Source: an uncultured bacterium
GTDB lineage: Bacteria; Zixibacteria; MSB-5A5; UBA10806
Reading direction: 5' to 3'
DNA length: 64,000 bases
NCBI GenBank assembly: GCA_965541585.1
Contig: CBEUCH010000012.1
Location: forward strand, 1 to 64,000
The stretch's first letter is position 1. Each line of letters opens with the position of its first letter. Positions 58,776 through 64,000 of this stretch are shown here, piece by piece. The position numbers were made by a program, and so were the translations under genes. Below the pieces are notes generated by a model. It saw only the letters and a program-made list of their open reading frames with translations, did not search any database and was not told the origin of the DNA.

Positions 58776-59687
58776 ATGAAATTCTCGAGATTCGCAGTTC
58801 CTCTGGCAGTAATTGCCTTAAGCGGTACTTCGCAGGCTGTCGTTGGGGAAAGCTCTTTTGAATTTATGCTTATGGGAATGGGCGCCAGGGCATCCGCTAT
58901 GGGGGAGGCTTTTACAGCTGTCAGCGGCGATGTCGGCGCGCCGTTTTTCAATCCTGCATCGGCCGCCTTGATGAACGGTACCGAGCTCTCATTTGCGCAT
59001 ATATCATACCTTGAGGATGTCAGTATAGAGCAATTCGCACTTTTGACTCGTTCCAATAAAATTCGTTATGGTCTCAGCATCAATATTGGCACTGTCGCCG
59101 ATATCGAACGACGGGGAGACTCGCCGACCGCCGAACCCCTGGGCACGTTCGATGAGCACAACGTGACAGCTTCGCTATTCGTTGCCGTTCCCGTTACCGA
59201 AAGGCTCTCGATTGGCAATTCCGCTAAGATCGCCTATGAAAAGCTCGATCTTGAGGATGCCACCGCACTGGCGCTGGATATCGGTGCCTTCTATACCCTC
59301 ACTCCCGAGATAGCTATCGGCGGGTCAATCCGGAATCTCGGCACGAAACCCAAATTTATCAGTGAGGCGTTTGATCTTCCCCGGGAATACCGGGTCGGCG
59401 CATCTTATCGAACTCCAAAAGGGTCCCGCTATGAAGGCATCCTGCTATCCGCAGATCTATTCAAGCCGGAATGGGGTAACAAAAGTTCCAAGTTAAATGT
59501 CGGCGGGGAGTACAATTACCAGGATATCGTTTTCTCGAGGGCCGGGTACTATTTTGGATATGACTCGAGATCGATCTCCGTAGGAGGCGGCCTTGCCTAT
59601 CGTAATTATCTTTTCGATTATGCATATGTTCCCCTGAAGAATAATCTCGGTAACACCCATCGCTTCACACTGCGGATCAGAATGTAA
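58776..59687 (+). CDS. PorV/PorQ-like outer-membrane beta-barrel
   Basis: GARASAMGEAF.A......FFNPA and DYAY...LGNTHRFTL motifs. Confidence 0.85.
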   Translation: MKFSRFAVPLAVIALSGTSQAVVGESSFEFMLMGMGARASAMGEAFTAVSGDVGAPFFNPASAALMNGTELSFAHISYLEDVSIEQFALLTRSNKIRYGLSINIGTVADIERRGDSPTAEPLGTFDEHNVTASLFVAVPVTERLSIGNSAKIAYEKLDLEDATALALDIGAFYTLTPEIAIGGSIRNLGTKPKFISEAFDLPREYRVGASYRTPKGSRYEGILLSADLFKPEWGNKSSKLNVGGEYNYQDIVFSRAGYYFGYDSRSISVGGGLAYRNYLFDYAYVPLKNNLGNTHRFTLRIRM

Positions 59688-59814
59688 AGGAATTTTGAAA
59701 TTCATCGATAACTATAGCTGTCAGGCTTTCTGTTGCATTTTTCCGTTGACCGCAGTCATTAACTCCATAAATTAAGTCGGCGAATGCTGGTGTAATTGAA
59801 AAGAGGAGTCTGAC

Positions 59815-60933
59815 GTGGCAAAATACAAAATCGCATGGATGCCGGGCGACGGGGTCGGTAATGACGTTATGGAGGCTGCCCGGATCGTACTGGACAGGAT
59901 CATCCTGGATGCCGAGTATATCCCCGCCGATATTGGCTGGGAATTCTGGCGGACGGAGGCAAATCCGCTTCCCGACAGGACAATTGAAATACTGAAAAAC
60001 ACAGATTGCGCCCTGTTCGGCGCCATCACCTCCAAACCCAAGGAGGAAGCGGAAAACGAACTCGTCCCGGAACTCCAGGGGAAGGGTCACGTCTATTCGT
60101 CGCCCATCGTGGGTTTGAGACAGCGATTGAATCTCAGGACGAACCTCAGACCCTGCAAAGCCTATCCCGGCAACCCGCTGAATTACAGGGACAATATTGA
60201 TATCACCGTATTTCGCGAAAACACCGAGGACCTGTACTCCGGCGTTGAGTTTTTCCCCCTACCGGATGAACTTCGCGCAACCTTAATGAAATATAATAAG
60301 AAAATGGCGCGATTCGACTGGTCTCCCGCCGAGAAAACCGCCCTCTCATGTCGCATTGTCACCGAGAAGGCCAGCGAGAACATCGTAAGGGCGGCTTTTG
60401 AATATGCCAAAAAGCATGACAAAAGCTCGGTTACAGTAGTGGAGAAACCCAATGTCATCCGCGAGACTTCCGGGCTGATGGTTCGCACGGCACGTAAGGT
60501 GGCGAAGGAATTTCCTGAAATTCCTCTCTGGGAAACCAATATCGATGCTATGTGCATGTGGCTGGTGAAAAATCCGCAGGACTACTCGATCCTGGTAACA
60601 TCGAATATGTTTGGCGACATCGTCTCCGATCTCTCGGCTCAACTTGTCGGTGGATTGGGATTCGCATGTTCCGGCAATATCGGCGATGATTACGCCGTCT
60701 TCGAACCGACTCATGGCTCGGCCCCGAAATATTCCGGCCAGTATAAGGTGAATCCCCTGGCGACACTCCTTACTGTCAAGTTGATGCTCGATTGGCTGGG
60801 TGAATTAGATAAGGCAACTGCTCTTGAAAACGCTATCGCTAGTGTGATAAAAGAGGGAAAGGTTCGCACCTACGATATGGGCGGTAAAAACACCACACTC
60901 GAGGTGGCGGAAGCTGTAGCGGCACGGCTTTAA
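59815..60933 (+). CDS. Isocitrate/isopropylmalate dehydrogenase family, homoisocitrate-dehydrogenase-like
   Basis: PGDGVG, LFGAITS, YSSPIV.LR, RENTE, NMFGDI.SD and FEPTHGSAP motifs; GTG start after GAGGAG. Confidence 0.88.
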   Translation: MAKYKIAWMPGDGVGNDVMEAARIVLDRIILDAEYIPADIGWEFWRTEANPLPDRTIEILKNTDCALFGAITSKPKEEAENELVPELQGKGHVYSSPIVGLRQRLNLRTNLRPCKAYPGNPLNYRDNIDITVFRENTEDLYSGVEFFPLPDELRATLMKYNKKMARFDWSPAEKTALSCRIVTEKASENIVRAAFEYAKKHDKSSVTVVEKPNVIRETSGLMVRTARKVAKEFPEIPLWETNIDAMCMWLVKNPQDYSILVTSNMFGDIVSDLSAQLVGGLGFACSGNIGDDYAVFEPTHGSAPKYSGQYKVNPLATLLTVKLMLDWLGELDKATALENAIASVIKEGKVRTYDMGGKNTTLEVAEAVAARL

Positions 60934-60958
60934 GAAAACCGCTGAATAAAAACGTTTT

Positions 60959-61048
60959 GTAGGGGTCAGGTTACCTGACCCCTACGGGATTACATTGCCA
61001 TAAGGCGCCCGTGCTATTTGTAGAGACAGAACACTGTTCTGTCTCTAC
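60959..61048. repeat. Two GTAG...CTAC REP-like palindromes
   Basis: GTAGGGGTCAGGTTACCTGACCCCTAC and GTAGAGACAGAACACTGTTCTGTCTCTAC. Confidence 0.85.
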
Positions 61049-61083
61049 ATTAGCTTGATCGGGAATTCCATACGGATCCGTAG

Positions 61084-63303
<2,220 letters not shown>

Positions 63304-63346
63304 CAGATGATGAAATTGTAAACCATCTAAATCAGGGGGAATAATC

Positions 63347-64000
63347 ATGCCTGAAGGCAGAGACATAGACATACAATCTATTATGATGCCGATACTGGCG
63401 TTGGCTGCGGGGACGGCATTTTTCTATTACGCCAGCCCGATCCTGATACCTATCGTGGTGGCATCGGCTCTGACATATCTTTTATTACCGCTGGTCGATC
63501 AATTGAAGCGATTCAAACTGCCCCATACTTTAGCTGTAGTTATTGTAATGCTTATCGTACTCGCTGTTTTTGTTTTAATAGTGACCTTACTTATCGGGCA
63601 GATTGCGGATTTCGCTTCAGCCTTTCCCGATTATAAGGATAAGGTTGAAATGACCCTGAACAGCTGGAGGACTTCACTGGAGGGCTATCTCGGATACCTT
63701 CCGGGGGATCTCGGAAAACCGGAAGACCTCACACTTGATATCGGGCAGGTTCAGCAGGCCGGCAAATACTTCTTCAAGGGGTTGGGATCACTCACCAGTT
63801 TCACATTCGGGTCGCTTCTGATGTTTTTCCTAACGCTCTTCATGCTTCTGGATTCGGAGATGTTTCAAAAGAAACTCAAATCCATTTTCGGCAGTGGGCA
63901 AACGGAGGCCACCGAGGGGATCATGCACGAAATCAGCCGCCAGCTCAAGGGTTTCATACAGGTGAAATTCACAGTTGCCCTGGGGCTGGCGATCGTGGTC
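63347..64000 (+). CDS. AI-2E family transporter (3' partial)
   Basis: Read manually: MPEGRDID...PILIPIVVASALTYLLLPLVDQLKRFKLPHTLAVVIV...; GGGGGA SD; runs off the window end. Confidence 0.8.
   Translation, partial: MPEGRDIDIQSIMMPILALAAGTAFFYYASPILIPIVVASALTYLLLPLVDQLKRFKLPHTLAVVIVMLIVLAVFVLIVTLLIGQIADFASAFPDYKDKVEMTLNSWRTSLEGYLGYLPGDLGKPEDLTLDIGQVQQAGKYFFKGLGSLTSFTFGSLLMFFLTLFMLLDSEMFQKKLKSIFGSGQTEATEGIMHEISRQLKGFIQVKFTVALGLAIVV

Noticed and set aside
63347..64000. AI-2 signalling link between the AI-2E transporter and lsrF
   Set aside because: They are 15 kb apart, AI-2E is a broad family, and no other lsr genes are present

Overview
Bacterial chromosomal window of moderate GC. The protein families and C-terminal tags (T9SS-like CTDs, PorV-like barrels, Cys-rich dockerin-like domains, IPTL-CTERM, PEP-CTERM) suggest an FCB-group lineage such as Zixibacteria; this is inference only. 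It carries about 45 genes: many secreted proteases and beta-propeller proteins, an MttB/corrinoid/homocysteine-methyltransferase operon, fungal-type homoaconitase with PrpD and a homoisocitrate-dehydrogenase-like gene, trmB, lsrF, ppx-like, ligA, tRNA-Ser(GCT), and a DUF3179 gene with an in-frame UGA (likely selenoprotein). The most unusual structure is a ~315-bp non-coding element in three copies (one truncated). It begins with a tyrosine-recombinase-like C-terminal remnant and ends in a near-consensus sigma70 promoter. Both full copies are followed by an orphan ORF and a ~60-bp attC-like site, so they look like dispersed integron-cassette expression platforms with no integrase in the window. 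A family of 31-bp palindromes with recombinase-site geometry and several GTAG-type REP hairpins are also present. All family assignments come from motif recognition by eye, not from database searches.
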